This document shows, piece after piece, positions 1 through 9,111 of a stretch of DNA of 50,790 nucleotides. The notes beneath the pieces were generated by a model. It saw nothing but the letters and a program-made list of their open reading frames with translations. It did not search any database and was not told the DNA's origin. Position numbers and translations under genes: made by a program. The stretch comes from a virus: IMG/VR virus record IMGVR_UViG_3300045988_139260; one strand, given 5' to 3'. Position 1 is the stretch's first letter. Every line of letters begins with the position of its first letter.

Positions 1-99
1 AAATCGACCCCTTCAGAGGCCCCAAGGTACTACTGTGGACGCTCAGAATGCGGGGCGGGGAAAGGCGCATTATTTAAGCGGAAATGATGCAAAAAAAAT
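1..99. repeat. Terminal overlap copy 1 (identical to 50692..50790); signature of a circularly closed contig
   Basis: Read directly: bases 1-99 (aaatcgaccccttcagagg...ggaaatgatgcaaaaaaaat) recur base for base at 50692-50790. Unique sequence is 50691 bp and features wrap across the window ends. Confidence 0.95.
47..71. other. Candidate cohesive-end (cosN-like) site; same sequence at 50738..50762 inside the overlap
   Basis: aatgcg-gggcggggaaagg-cgcatt: perfect 6-bp inverted repeat around a 13-nt G-rich core, in non-coding DNA upstream of a lambda-type (Nu1/GpA/W/B) packaging module. A-tracts follow. Confidence 0.3.
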
Positions 100-151
100 T
101 AAGCATTTCGTTACGCGAGCCCACCTGAAAAGAGAAAAATTCCAAAAAATA

Positions 152-190
152 AAAGATAGCACAAAAGAGCACACGCACCTGTGATATTAT
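152..190 (+). promoter_or_regulatory. Late-operon promoter/operator element, copy A (37/39 identical to 46046..46084)
   Basis: aaagatagcacaaaagagcacacgcacctgtgatattat. Ends in an extended -10 (TGaTATTAT, 182-190) with no TTGACA-like -35, so it looks activator dependent. Lies immediately upstream of the first late gene. Confidence 0.55.
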
Positions 191-196
191 GGTAAC

Positions 197-1585
197 GTGG
201 AAAGAAAAGAAAAAGGCGGCGCCGATGAGGCAGTCGCCTTTTTGCGTGGAGGAATTGAATTGATATTAGAGAAAAAGAAGCTAAGTGAGTTGAGACCGGC
301 GGACTACAATCCGAGAAAAGCTTTAACTCCAGAAGATGCGGAATACAAGAAAATTAAAAACAGCATTGAACGCTTCGGGTATGTAGACCCTATCATTATC
401 AATTCAGATGGAACCATTATCGGAGGTCATCAGCGTTACACCGTACTTACTGATTTGGGGTATACGGAAGCAGAGTGTGTTGTAGTTAATCTGAATAAGA
501 ATGATGAAAAGGCACTTAATATTGCGCTTAACAAAATCACTGGTGAATGGGATAACGACAAACTAAAAGACCTACTCATAGACCTTGATATATCAGAGTA
601 CGACCTGAGTCTAACAGGCTTCGATACCAATGAGCTTGAGGATCTTATCGTCCTGCCATCAGATCTTGAGAAGGAAGCTATCGAGGACGACTTTAATCCT
701 GATAACGAATCGGAATTATGTTTCGTCAACCGTGGCGAGGTATGGCAGTTAGGCAACCATAAGTTAATGTGTGGCGATAGCACCGATGGTAATGATGTTA
801 AAAAACTCATGGGTGCAGAGCAGATGGATCTGATTATCACAGACCCGCCGTACAACGTGAACTATGAGGACAAGGTTACACGACTGAACAAATATCGTAC
901 CAATGCAAACGGCAGTATGCAGATTTCCAATGATGAGCTGAAGGATGCCGATTTCTATTCTTTCCTGCTTGCGGCATTCGAGAATGCGAACAAATGTATG
1001 AGGGATGGCGCAGCAATATATGTATTTCATGCGGATTTCCACGGACGCGTTTTCAGACAAGCCCTTGAAGATGCAAATCTGAAGCTTTCACAGGTATTAA
1101 TCTGGGAGAAAAATAACTTTGTGCTCGGAAGAAGCGATTATCAGTGGAGACACGAGCCTATTCTTTATGGTTGGAAAGAGGGGGCACCTCACTATTTCAT
1201 CAAGGACAGGACTCAGGACACCGTGATACTTGAGGATGACATTGATTTCGAGTCAATGAAGAAGCCAGACCTTATTGCATTCATCAAACAGAAAATGAAG
1301 GAGTATTCCGAACAAACGAGCGTCATATATGAAAAGATGCCTCGAAGCAATAACTTGCATCCTACGATGAAACCAATAAGTCTTGTGTCCAAGTTCATGA
1401 AGAATAGTAGCAAGGAAGGCTGGAATGTAGGTGACTTATTCGGAGGGAGTGGTACTACCCTGATTACGGCTGAGCAGCTTGGCCGTAATGCATATGTCAT
1501 GGAATACGATGAACATTATGCCAGTGTGATTATAAAGCGCTGGGAAGAGTTTACAGGACAGCAGGCTGTCAGAATAGAGGTATGA
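197..1585 (+). CDS. ParB-like nuclease domain fused to DNA methyltransferase (N6-adenine/N4-cytosine type)
   Basis: N-terminal ParB/Srx-like motifs (LSELRPADYNPRK, IIGGHQR). C-terminal MTase motifs (ITDPPYNV catalytic, FGGSGTT SAM-binding). Track start is GTG 197; an in-frame TTG at 260 preceded by GGAGGA (248-253) is a plausible true start. Confidence 0.9.
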   Translation: MERKEKGGADEAVAFLRGGIELILEKKKLSELRPADYNPRKALTPEDAEYKKIKNSIERFGYVDPIIINSDGTIIGGHQRYTVLTDLGYTEAECVVVNLNKNDEKALNIALNKITGEWDNDKLKDLLIDLDISEYDLSLTGFDTNELEDLIVLPSDLEKEAIEDDFNPDNESELCFVNRGEVWQLGNHKLMCGDSTDGNDVKKLMGAEQMDLIITDPPYNVNYEDKVTRLNKYRTNANGSMQISNDELKDADFYSFLLAAFENANKCMRDGAAIYVFHADFHGRVFRQALEDANLKLSQVLIWEKNNFVLGRSDYQWRHEPILYGWKEGAPHYFIKDRTQDTVILEDDIDFESMKKPDLIAFIKQKMKEYSEQTSVIYEKMPRSNNLHPTMKPISLVSKFMKNSSKEGWNVGDLFGGSGTTLITAEQLGRNAYVMEYDEHYASVIIKRWEEFTGQQAVRIEV

Positions 1586-1589
1586 GTAC

Positions 1590-2159
1590 ATGGCAGAAAA
1601 TAAAGGAAACCAGTATTACAAAGTTGATATCATAGCTGACCTTTTCGGAGTAAGCGTAAGAAGAATACAGCAGCTCACGCAGGATGGTGTAATTTCAACC
1701 ACAGAGACCAGCGAGGGCAGGAGATACGATCTGGTTCCAACAATTCAGAAATATGTCAAATACCTATCTGATAAAGCTTATGGTAAGTCAAGGTCAGAAG
1801 CCGAGGCGAAGCTGAAGGAGCAGAAATTAAAGGCAGAGATAGCCTTGAAAGAGTCCCAAGGAGAGCTGCACAAAATTAGGACAGAAATAGCGGCCGGCAA
1901 GTATGTGTCCGTTGAGGAGGTCAAACTTGATTATAGCCGTTTTTTCATATCATTTAAAAAATTCGCATTGTCAATACCAAGCAAGCTGGCAGGGCGCTTG
2001 ACCGGATTCATTGATCCGGTTGAAGTCAGACAGTGCGAAAAAGAATTGCAGGAAGAGATACAGCGACTTCTCAGATCGTTCGTAGTCAGTGCGGTCTCAT
2101 CGGAGGACGTTGAGGAGACACCAGTTGCCAAGACCAAGAAAAAAAATAAAGGTAACTGA
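1590..2159 (+). CDS. terS: Terminase small subunit, Nu1-like
   Basis: 189 aa. N-terminal HTH (DIIADLFGVSVRRIQQLTQDGVI) then coiled coil, the same layout as lambda Nu1 as I recall it. Directly upstream of, and overlapping, the GpA-type large terminase. Confidence 0.75.
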   Translation: MAENKGNQYYKVDIIADLFGVSVRRIQQLTQDGVISTTETSEGRRYDLVPTIQKYVKYLSDKAYGKSRSEAEAKLKEQKLKAEIALKESQGELHKIRTEIAAGKYVSVEEVKLDYSRFFISFKKFALSIPSKLAGRLTGFIDPVEVRQCEKELQEEIQRLLRSFVVSAVSSEDVEETPVAKTKKKNKGN

Positions 2160-3984
2160 TTATCAGTTAGAAGCCCTGCAATACTTGGCCCCTCCGGAAG
2201 AGTTGACCGTTTCGGAATGGGCTGAAAAATATCGTATGCTTGATTCTAAGTCATCAGCGATGCCTGGTCCGTGGAGTAATGACATCACACCCTATCTTGT
2301 TGGAGTGATGGATGAATTTAACAATTACGAGACCGAAAAGATTATATTCGTCAAGCCGACACAGGTTGGAGGAACCGAGGCTCTACAGAATATGATCGGG
2401 TATATCGTGATGCAGGATCCGGCACCAACGATGATAGTATATCCGACAGAGACGCTTGCGAAGTCTGTGTCGGAAAACAGATTACAACCGGCACTCAAGG
2501 CCACGCCAAAGATAGCGGAGAAGTTCGATGAGACATCGCCTCTGCTAGAGCTTCATTTTGAAAGCATGTACATCACGCTTGCCGGTTCAAATTCGCCTGC
2601 AGGTCTGGCCAGTAAACCTATCAGATTTCTGATGATGGATGAGGTTGACAAGTACCCCGGAGCCAGCAGTAAAGAGGCGGACCCAATTAAGCTTGCAATG
2701 GAGCGAACTAAAACGTTTCATAACAAAAAAGTATATATCACAAGCACACCGACATTAAAGACTGGTCACATTTGGAGAGAGAAAGAGAGCGCTGATATCG
2801 AAAAGCATTTCTTTGTTCCTTGTCCTCACTGTGGCGAATACATTGAATTTAAGTTTCAGAACATTCGTTTCCCGGAGGATAAAGACCTAAGCAATGCAGA
2901 CCGGGCGGAGCTTGCCACATATGTATGTCAGAATTGCGGATGCATTATTACTGATAATGACAAGCACAACATGCTAAAGCTCGGAGAATGGCGAACCGTG
3001 AAGCACAACACCAAGTTCGCAAGAAACGTTGCTTTCTGGATAAATACACTTTACAGCCCATTTGTCAGATGGGCGCAGATAGTAAAGGAGTTCCTTGATG
3101 CAAAGGACGATCCTGAACAATTACAAAACTTTGTCAATTCATGGCTTGCAGAGCCGTGGGAAGATACAAGACTCAAGACAAGTGAAGATCTTGTCTTGGA
3201 GAGACAGACCGAGGTACCGCAGTATGTAGTGCCTAAATGGGCCAAGCTTCTTACAGGCGGGGTTGATGTTCAGGAGACATGCTTGTATTGGACTATCAGA
3301 GCATGGGGCAATTATCTGACAAGTCAGAACATAGCGCACGGACAGGCTCTATCATTTAATGAGGTTGACCAGGTAATGAACCTGCAATATGTAACAGAGG
3401 ATGGAGAGCCGATGATAGTTAATCTGTGTCTGGTTGATTCAGGAGACCAGACGGATGATGTATACGATTTCTGTGCAAGCCGGTCTGATTACGCATTGCC
3501 AGTCAAAGGTTCAAGCCACGCACAGCTCAGTCAGTTCAAACTTAGCAAGATTAACAAGGTTGAAAGCAGCGCTTATGGTATGACGCTCGTCCTTGTAGAT
3601 GGTGACAAATACAAGGATCTGATAGCTGGCCGAATGATGAGGAAGAACGGCCGTGGTAGTTGGATGGTATATGCAGGATGCGATCTTGAGTATGCCAAGC
3701 AGGTAACAGCAGAGCACAAAGTAAATGTCAAGACATCTAACGGCATCAAGCAGGTATGGAAGCCTAAAAGTACGCATCTAGATAACCATTATTTAGATTG
3801 TGAGGTGTATGCAGCAGCGGCTGCCGATATGCAGGGCGTCAGAACACTTCATCTGATGAATAATGAGGAGAAGCCTGTTCAAGACAAGGCTAATATACAG
3901 AATGAACCGCCTGAGACACCGGAAGAGCAGTGGATCAAGGCTAATGATAATTGGATTCAGGAAGGAGCAGGCAATGGCAGATAA
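2089..3984 (+). CDS. terL: Terminase large subunit, GpA family
   Basis: LTVSEWAEKYRML N-terminal motif, KPTQVGGTE Walker A-like, LMMDEVDKY Walker B, Cys pairs CPHCG/CQNCG. Start uncertain: ATG 2089 overlaps terS by 71 nt, and in-frame TTG codons lie at 2110 and 2125. Confidence 0.9.
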   Translation: MRSHRRTLRRHQLPRPRKKIKVTDYQLEALQYLAPPEELTVSEWAEKYRMLDSKSSAMPGPWSNDITPYLVGVMDEFNNYETEKIIFVKPTQVGGTEALQNMIGYIVMQDPAPTMIVYPTETLAKSVSENRLQPALKATPKIAEKFDETSPLLELHFESMYITLAGSNSPAGLASKPIRFLMMDEVDKYPGASSKEADPIKLAMERTKTFHNKKVYITSTPTLKTGHIWREKESADIEKHFFVPCPHCGEYIEFKFQNIRFPEDKDLSNADRAELATYVCQNCGCIITDNDKHNMLKLGEWRTVKHNTKFARNVAFWINTLYSPFVRWAQIVKEFLDAKDDPEQLQNFVNSWLAEPWEDTRLKTSEDLVLERQTEVPQYVVPKWAKLLTGGVDVQETCLYWTIRAWGNYLTSQNIAHGQALSFNEVDQVMNLQYVTEDGEPMIVNLCLVDSGDQTDDVYDFCASRSDYALPVKGSSHAQLSQFKLSKINKVESSAYGMTLVLVDGDKYKDLIAGRMMRKNGRGSWMVYAGCDLEYAKQVTAEHKVNVKTSNGIKQVWKPKSTHLDNHYLDCEVYAAAAADMQGVRTLHLMNNEEKPVQDKANIQNEPPETPEEQWIKANDNWIQEGAGNGR

Positions 3985-4210
3985 CAATGAAGTACCAGTA
4001 ACAACAGAAGGTCTGCTTAATAGCGTCAATTCAGCGATAGCAGCAATCACAGTTGGAGGACAGTCATACAAGATAGGTTCGAGAAGCTTAACAAGAGCTG
4101 ATTTGAAGCAGTTGTATACGATGCGAAATGATCTAAGAGCTGAAGTAGCGGCGCAGGGAGCAAGCTCATTGCTTGATGACTGCTATGTAGGTATTTTTTC
4201 AGGGAGGTAA
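3974..4210 (+). CDS. Head-tail joining protein, gpW-like
   Basis: 78 aa from ATG 3974 with GAAGGAG RBS (3961-3967). Sits between GpA terminase and portal as lambda W does. GGQSYKIGSRSLTRADLKQLYTMRNDL resembles the gpW pattern. The longer track ORF from 3863 overlaps terL and is unlikely. Confidence 0.65.
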   Translation: MADNNEVPVTTEGLLNSVNSAIAAITVGGQSYKIGSRSLTRADLKQLYTMRNDLRAEVAAQGASSLLDDCYVGIFSGR

Positions 4211-4212
4211 GA

Positions 4213-5733
4213 ATGGGCTGGTTAGATAATGTCATAGCAACCATATCCCCGGCAACTGCGTATAAGCGTGAGACATACAGACAGGCATATACAGCACTTA
4301 AGGGATATTATGATGCCGCAGACAAGACCGGTATCAATCAAAACTGGCGTGTGAGTAATACATCGGCTGAGTTTACTGATAGGTACAGTAGAGACGATGT
4401 GAGGGCAAGAGCCAGAGATTTGGAACGTAACAGCGATGTTATGAACTCTCTGACAGGAGCTTTCAAGAGGAATGTTGTCGGAGGAGGCTACCGTATTCAG
4501 GTTCAGACTGAGGATGCGGAGTTGAACAAAAAAATAGAAAAGGCATGGAAAAAGTGGTGCAAGGCAAAGAACTGCGACGTTACCGGAACCCAGAGCCTTA
4601 ATCAGATAATCAGGATGGCCGTCGAGCGCAAGCGAATTGACGGAGGCATATTATTCGTCAAGAGATACACTAAACAGGCTTTTGTGCCATTTCAGTTGCA
4701 GATGCTTGAGGTTGATGAGCTTGATACATCAATCATGAACGCTAAAAACAGAGGCAATAAAGTTGTTGGAGGCATTGAATACAATTCATTCAACAGACCG
4801 GTCGGTTACTACATTAGGCAGTACGACATAGATGGATATTCGCCAAGAGACCCTGTGTATATCGAAGCGAAGGACGTTATCTTTTATTTTTCAAAAAAGC
4901 GCCCATCGCAGCTTAGAGAAATCTCCGATATGACGCCCACGATACCGCGTATCAGGGATGTTAATGAATTTATGACGGCCGTGTCCGTAAAGGAGCGAGT
5001 TGAAGCCTGTCTCGCAGTATTCATTAAGAAGGCTCTCCCGATGACCGGCATCGGAAGAGGCAATAACAGTCAGAGTATGGCCGACAAGATTACTTACGAG
5101 GGAAAGACTATAAGCCCGGGCATGATTAAAGAAATGAATGTCGGAGATGAGATACAGGTTGTCAATCCTTCCGGCCAGGGCGCAGACGCGACAAGCTATA
5201 CAAAACTACAGCTCAGGCAGATAGGCGCAGGCCAAGGACTGAGCTACGAGGCCACGAGCAGGGATATGGCAGAGAGCACTTATTCATCGGCCAGACAAGG
5301 CATGATTGAAGATGATATGACGTACTGGGAAGAGAAAGAATTTCTAGTTGAAATACTTGATGAGATATATGAGACCTTCCTGATATCGGCGGTGCTTCGT
5401 GGAGTTATTGATATTAAAGATTTCTGGGAGAAAAAGGATGAATACATGGAACATAATTGGATTCAATCCCCTAAACCATGGATTGACCCTCAGAAAGAAT
5501 CAAATGCAAATATGACCGCATTAAGGACCGGTCAGAAAACATACAAACAGATTGCAGCCGAGAATGGCCGTGATTGGAGAGAACAGATTGACGATATGGC
5601 CGAGGTTATCAATTACGGTAATGAAAAAGGCGTAGATATGGGAGGTGTTCTATTTGGAACGACGAACGAAAGTCCGGACAGCGTACCTGATGAGGGAGAT
5701 GACGAAAGCGGACAGCGAAAGAAAAAAGACTGA
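4213..5733 (+). CDS. Portal protein, lambda gpB family
   Basis: 506 aa directly after the gpW-like gene (order Nu1-A-W-B). N-terminal NQNWRVSNTSAEF...RARARDLERNSD motif typical of this portal family. Confidence 0.85.
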   Translation: MGWLDNVIATISPATAYKRETYRQAYTALKGYYDAADKTGINQNWRVSNTSAEFTDRYSRDDVRARARDLERNSDVMNSLTGAFKRNVVGGGYRIQVQTEDAELNKKIEKAWKKWCKAKNCDVTGTQSLNQIIRMAVERKRIDGGILFVKRYTKQAFVPFQLQMLEVDELDTSIMNAKNRGNKVVGGIEYNSFNRPVGYYIRQYDIDGYSPRDPVYIEAKDVIFYFSKKRPSQLREISDMTPTIPRIRDVNEFMTAVSVKERVEACLAVFIKKALPMTGIGRGNNSQSMADKITYEGKTISPGMIKEMNVGDEIQVVNPSGQGADATSYTKLQLRQIGAGQGLSYEATSRDMAESTYSSARQGMIEDDMTYWEEKEFLVEILDEIYETFLISAVLRGVIDIKDFWEKKDEYMEHNWIQSPKPWIDPQKESNANMTALRTGQKTYKQIAAENGRDWREQIDDMAEVINYGNEKGVDMGGVLFGTTNESPDSVPDEGDDESGQRKKKD

Positions 5734-6331
5734 AATTAACGGCAGTTTGGAAAGATACTTAACAAACTGCAATATCACAAGAATGAATGGGGAAGGAAAT
5801 GAGCGAAAGTTCGAGCTTTCCTTCTCATCAGAGGAACCATATGAAAGATGGTTCGGCATGGAAATTTTGTCTCATGCCGAAGGCGCCCTTGACTTAACTC
5901 GACTAAATTCCATTGGCGTAGTCCTATTTAATCACGATCGGGACAAGGTCGTAGGAAGAATTAACAGAGCATGGGTTGAGGATAACAGAGGCAAGGCGGA
6001 AATCGAATTTGATTCAGACGATGCAGCCGAAGTCATTTACCAAAAAGTACTGAGCGGAACACTTAAAGGTGTGTCCGTGGGATACAGGGTTGACGTGTGG
6101 GAAGAGGTATCAGCCAACAAGCAGTCAGCCGACGGTCGATTCACAGGACCATGTGATATAGCTACACGATGGACTCCGTATGAGATATCCATTGTCAGCG
6201 TACCTGCAGATCCAACGGTAGGAGTTGGACGTTCACAGCAGGATGAAACAAAGGGAGTAAGCAGCTTTTACTACAACGAAAAGCAGCTCCAAATAAATGA
6301 AAATCTTTTAACAGGAGGTAAAGTAGTATGA
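5690..6331 (+). CDS. Prohead maturation protease, HK97 (S78) family
   Basis: FELSFSSEEPYERWFG, VVLFNHDRDKVVGRI, LKGVSVGYRV match the HK97 prohead protease pattern. Start ambiguous: GTG 5645, ATG 5690, 5699 or 5783, all overlapping or just after the portal end. Confidence 0.75.
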   Translation: MREMTKADSERKKTEINGSLERYLTNCNITRMNGEGNERKFELSFSSEEPYERWFGMEILSHAEGALDLTRLNSIGVVLFNHDRDKVVGRINRAWVEDNRGKAEIEFDSDDAAEVIYQKVLSGTLKGVSVGYRVDVWEEVSANKQSADGRFTGPCDIATRWTPYEISIVSVPADPTVGVGRSQQDETKGVSSFYYNEKQLQINENLLTGGKVV

Positions 6332-7896
6332 ATCGCAAACAACTGATTCAGAGACAGCAGGAGCTACTTAATACAGCAAAAGCTGCAAAAAGAGAGCTTA
6401 CTGCAGAAGAGCAGGCTGAGTTTGACAATATCACCCGACAGCTTCAGGCGATGGATAGTTCGCAGCCAGATGAGAGTAATCCCGGAGTTCCTAATTCCGG
6501 AGCACGTTCACATGAGGGACAGCAGGCTAATGGTCCTGACGAAGAGAATGTAAGACAGCTTGCAATCAGGGCTGAGCGTGAGAGATGCGCTACAATTACA
6601 AACCTTTGCAGATCTTTCAATATCTCAGAGGACGAGACAAATTCTTTCATCAATGACGGTGTGTCCGTAGATGGAGTGCGTACAGCAATTCTTGAGGGCC
6701 TTATAGAGAATAAGCAGCCTGTCAATTCAAGAGGCGTTGCGGATGCAACAGTGACAAAGGATGAGCAGGATAAGTTCAGAAGAGCTGCAGGGGACGCGCT
6801 TGTAATGCGTTCAGGTATCAACATTGAGAATCCTGCGGAGGGCGCAAGAGACCTTATGAACATGTCCCTCAAGGACCTTGCTATTGATTCGCTTGTATCA
6901 ACTGGAGAAACAGGGCTCAACAGACGTTCTGCAGATGAAATCTTTTCGATGGTAACAAGGCAGTATTTTTCGCCAACAGCTGCATTCCCATCAATCTTAG
7001 ACAATGCCATTAATAAGGCTTACGTCGAGGGACACAAGACTGTGGCTGTCACATTTGACCAGTGGACTAAGAAGGGCACGCTTAAGGACTTCAAGACAGT
7101 TGATAACAACTACATTGCAGGCTCAGCCGGTGAGTTCTTAGAGGTACCAGAGGGCGGAGAACTTAAGCATGACACTTATGAGGATAAGAAACGTCCAACA
7201 AGAAAGCTTAAAACATACGGACGTCAGTTCACACTGACACGTCAGGCATTCATCAACGATGACATCGAACTTATTACAAAGCTTCCGGCACGCTACGCAA
7301 AGAGTGCACGTAAGACTATCAATAAGCAGTGTTATCAGATCCTCTGCAATAATCCAGCTATTTATGATGGCAAAGTTTTATTCTCAAAGGCTCATGGAAA
7401 CCTTGTTACAACAGGTACAGGTATCACACAGGCGTCAATGCAGGCTATGATCATGGCGCTCCAGAATCAGACAGACGAGTTCGGAGAGGCTATCATCGTA
7501 AGACCGGCGGCAATCATTGTACCGGCCGGAATGGCGTTTGACATTTACACACTGTTCAATAGTCCTACCATCAACACAGAGGGTAACACACAGGCAGTTA
7601 ACCCACTGTACGCATATGCGCAGCACATTAAGGTTATTGAGGACCCTACAATTAATGTACTCTGTGGTGGTTTCGGCAACGTGATGCCATGGTGGTTACT
7701 TGGTTCTAAGGATGACACAGACTTCATCGAGGTTGACTATCTGAACGGACAGGAGATACCTACAATCAGAAGAATGGAAACTCCGGGACAGCTTGGCTTT
7801 GTATGGGATATTTATCTCGATTGGGGTATCAGCGTTATGGATTGGCGTGGCGCTATCAAGAATCCGGGTGTTGCAATTAAAAGCCCACTTGATTAA
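6328..7896 (+). CDS. Major capsid protein with N-terminal scaffold-like coiled coil
   Basis: 522 aa right after the protease. N-terminal coiled coil (QRQQELLNTAKAAKRELTAEEQAEFDNITRQLQAMD) typical of HK97-type delta domains. ATGA overlap with the protease stop. Confidence 0.8.
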   Translation: MNRKQLIQRQQELLNTAKAAKRELTAEEQAEFDNITRQLQAMDSSQPDESNPGVPNSGARSHEGQQANGPDEENVRQLAIRAERERCATITNLCRSFNISEDETNSFINDGVSVDGVRTAILEGLIENKQPVNSRGVADATVTKDEQDKFRRAAGDALVMRSGINIENPAEGARDLMNMSLKDLAIDSLVSTGETGLNRRSADEIFSMVTRQYFSPTAAFPSILDNAINKAYVEGHKTVAVTFDQWTKKGTLKDFKTVDNNYIAGSAGEFLEVPEGGELKHDTYEDKKRPTRKLKTYGRQFTLTRQAFINDDIELITKLPARYAKSARKTINKQCYQILCNNPAIYDGKVLFSKAHGNLVTTGTGITQASMQAMIMALQNQTDEFGEAIIVRPAAIIVPAGMAFDIYTLFNSPTINTEGNTQAVNPLYAYAQHIKVIEDPTINVLCGGFGNVMPWWLLGSKDDTDFIEVDYLNGQEIPTIRRMETPGQLGFVWDIYLDWGISVMDWRGAIKNPGVAIKSPLD

Positions 7897-7910
7897 GGAG
7901 GTAAAGCTAA

Positions 7911-8237
7911 ATGAAAGCAGAATACTGGCAGAGAGGCGAAAGCCTTGATTATACAAACACAGGTGCCACAACTATTGAGGCTAATAGCATTATAGATCTC
8001 AAGACAAGAATAGCTGTGGCCGGCACAGCTATTGAGCCTAAAATGACAGGTTCGATACATGTCACAGGCATATACAGGATTAAAAAGGCGGATTCGACCG
8101 CCATCGATCTTGCAGCTCCGGTATATTACTCAGCAACCGGAATTACAGCAACAGCCGATAAGAATACTCCAGTCGGATATGCAGCAGAAGCATCAGCCGC
8201 AGGAGCCGAGTATATACTTGTCAACCTGCAGGGATAG
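7911..8237 (+). CDS. Small head protein, DUF2190/decoration-like (tentative)
   Basis: 108 aa beta-rich protein immediately after the capsid gene, with GGAGG RBS. Position and size fit head decoration/cement proteins. Confidence 0.5.
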   Translation: MKAEYWQRGESLDYTNTGATTIEANSIIDLKTRIAVAGTAIEPKMTGSIHVTGIYRIKKADSTAIDLAAPVYYSATGITATADKNTPVGYAAEASAAGAEYILVNLQG

Positions 8238-8246
8238 GAGGTTGCT

Positions 8247-8759
8247 ATGGCAGCAAAAAACACCAAGGCGAAGGTTGAGGAAAAGCAGCAGGAGGCAGTA
8301 CCTGCTGCACCTGCATCCGCATTAGACGAAAGCGCAGTTGTCGCTACACCAGCCACGGATGAGATACCGACTGTGGACGAGACACCAACTACAGGTGAGA
8401 CACCAACCGTGGACGAGACACCAACTACAGGTGAGACACCAACCGTGGATGAGACGGTTAATGCAGATACACCGTCAGAGGAAGAGGATAAGGTACTTGT
8501 TGCTCAGGTGTATATCCTGTATCTGGCGCATCACTACAAACCGGGCGAAGAGATACCGGCAAGTGACCTTGATATGGTTAATGCCTGGCTTGAGGCGGGC
8601 AGTGTACAGTGGGTACCAATATCAGAGTTTGCGAGAGATAAAGCCTATCCAATGACAGCTATAGACGGTATGTATGGCACTGCGACATGTTCAGATTCCG
8701 ATGATGGTATCAACATAGTCGGAAGAGTACCTATTAATTCAGCGAGACAACGCAAATAA
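8247..8759 (+). CDS. Hypothetical virion protein with Thr/Pro/Glu-rich tandem peptide repeat
   Basis: 170 aa with RBS GGAGG. Contains DEIPTV-DETPTTGETPTV-DETPTTGETPTV-DETV encoded by a 36-bp tandem DNA repeat. Confidence 0.6.
   Translation: MAAKNTKAKVEEKQQEAVPAAPASALDESAVVATPATDEIPTVDETPTTGETPTVDETPTTGETPTVDETVNADTPSEEEDKVLVAQVYILYLAHHYKPGEEIPASDLDMVNAWLEAGSVQWVPISEFARDKAYPMTAIDGMYGTATCSDSDDGINIVGRVPINSARQRK
8383..8467 (+). repeat. 36-bp tandem repeat, about 2.3 copies
   Basis: gtggacgagacaccaactacaggtgagacaccaacc occurs at 8383-8418 and 8419-8454, then a diverged partial copy (gtggatgagacgg). Confidence 0.9.
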
Positions 8760-8775
8760 AAACCAGGGAGTAGAT

Positions 8776-9111
8776 ATGACCTTTAAAGACCAAATCGCAA
8801 AAGATAACCAAACAGTGTTTATGAATGAACTCGAGTTCTGTGAGAAGCATCTTATCAATAACAGAATGATGCCATGCATTATCGATAACAACGAGCTCAT
8901 CGACAGAGAGAAACGGTACCAGTATCGAAGAAGTCTTTATGCGGATGGAGTCTACCTCAAGGAGCTTTTAATCTATGTTAAAGAAAAAGACTTTGGTCCA
9001 TTACCTGCAGTTGGCAGGTCAGTAATGGTTGATAAGAAGTCATACATAGTATCAGATGCAATCAATGAGGATGGTATCTATTCCCTGACATTGGAGGCTA
9101 ACAAGACGTGA
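8776..9111 (+). CDS. Hypothetical head-tail connector/adaptor candidate
   Basis: 111 aa in the head-completion slot between head and tail genes. Family not recognised. Confidence 0.45.
   Translation: MTFKDQIAKDNQTVFMNELEFCEKHLINNRMMPCIIDNNELIDREKRYQYRRSLYADGVYLKELLIYVKEKDFGPLPAVGRSVMVDKKSYIVSDAINEDGIYSLTLEANKT

Noticed and set aside
1-99. Biological direct terminal repeat or LTR
   Set aside because: Exact 99-bp identity at the contig ends is the usual assembler signature of circular closure. The packaging genes are cos-type rather than DTR-type.
2089-2159. Programmed frameshift joining terS and terL
   Set aside because: No slippery heptamer at the 71-nt overlap. Ordinary overlapping or alternative (TTG) starts explain it.
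3863-4210. Long upstream-extended versions of ORFs (3863..4210, 10169..10570, 43098..43775, 46502..47062, 33580..33825)
   Set aside because: The extensions overlap the preceding gene or intergenic signals. Internal ATGs with good RBSs give products matching expected family lengths.
8059-8655. Alternative-frame ORFs 8059..8325 and 8338..8655
   Set aside because: They overlap better-supported ORFs that have RBSs. Gln/Arg/His-rich low-complexity translation is typical of out-of-frame reading.
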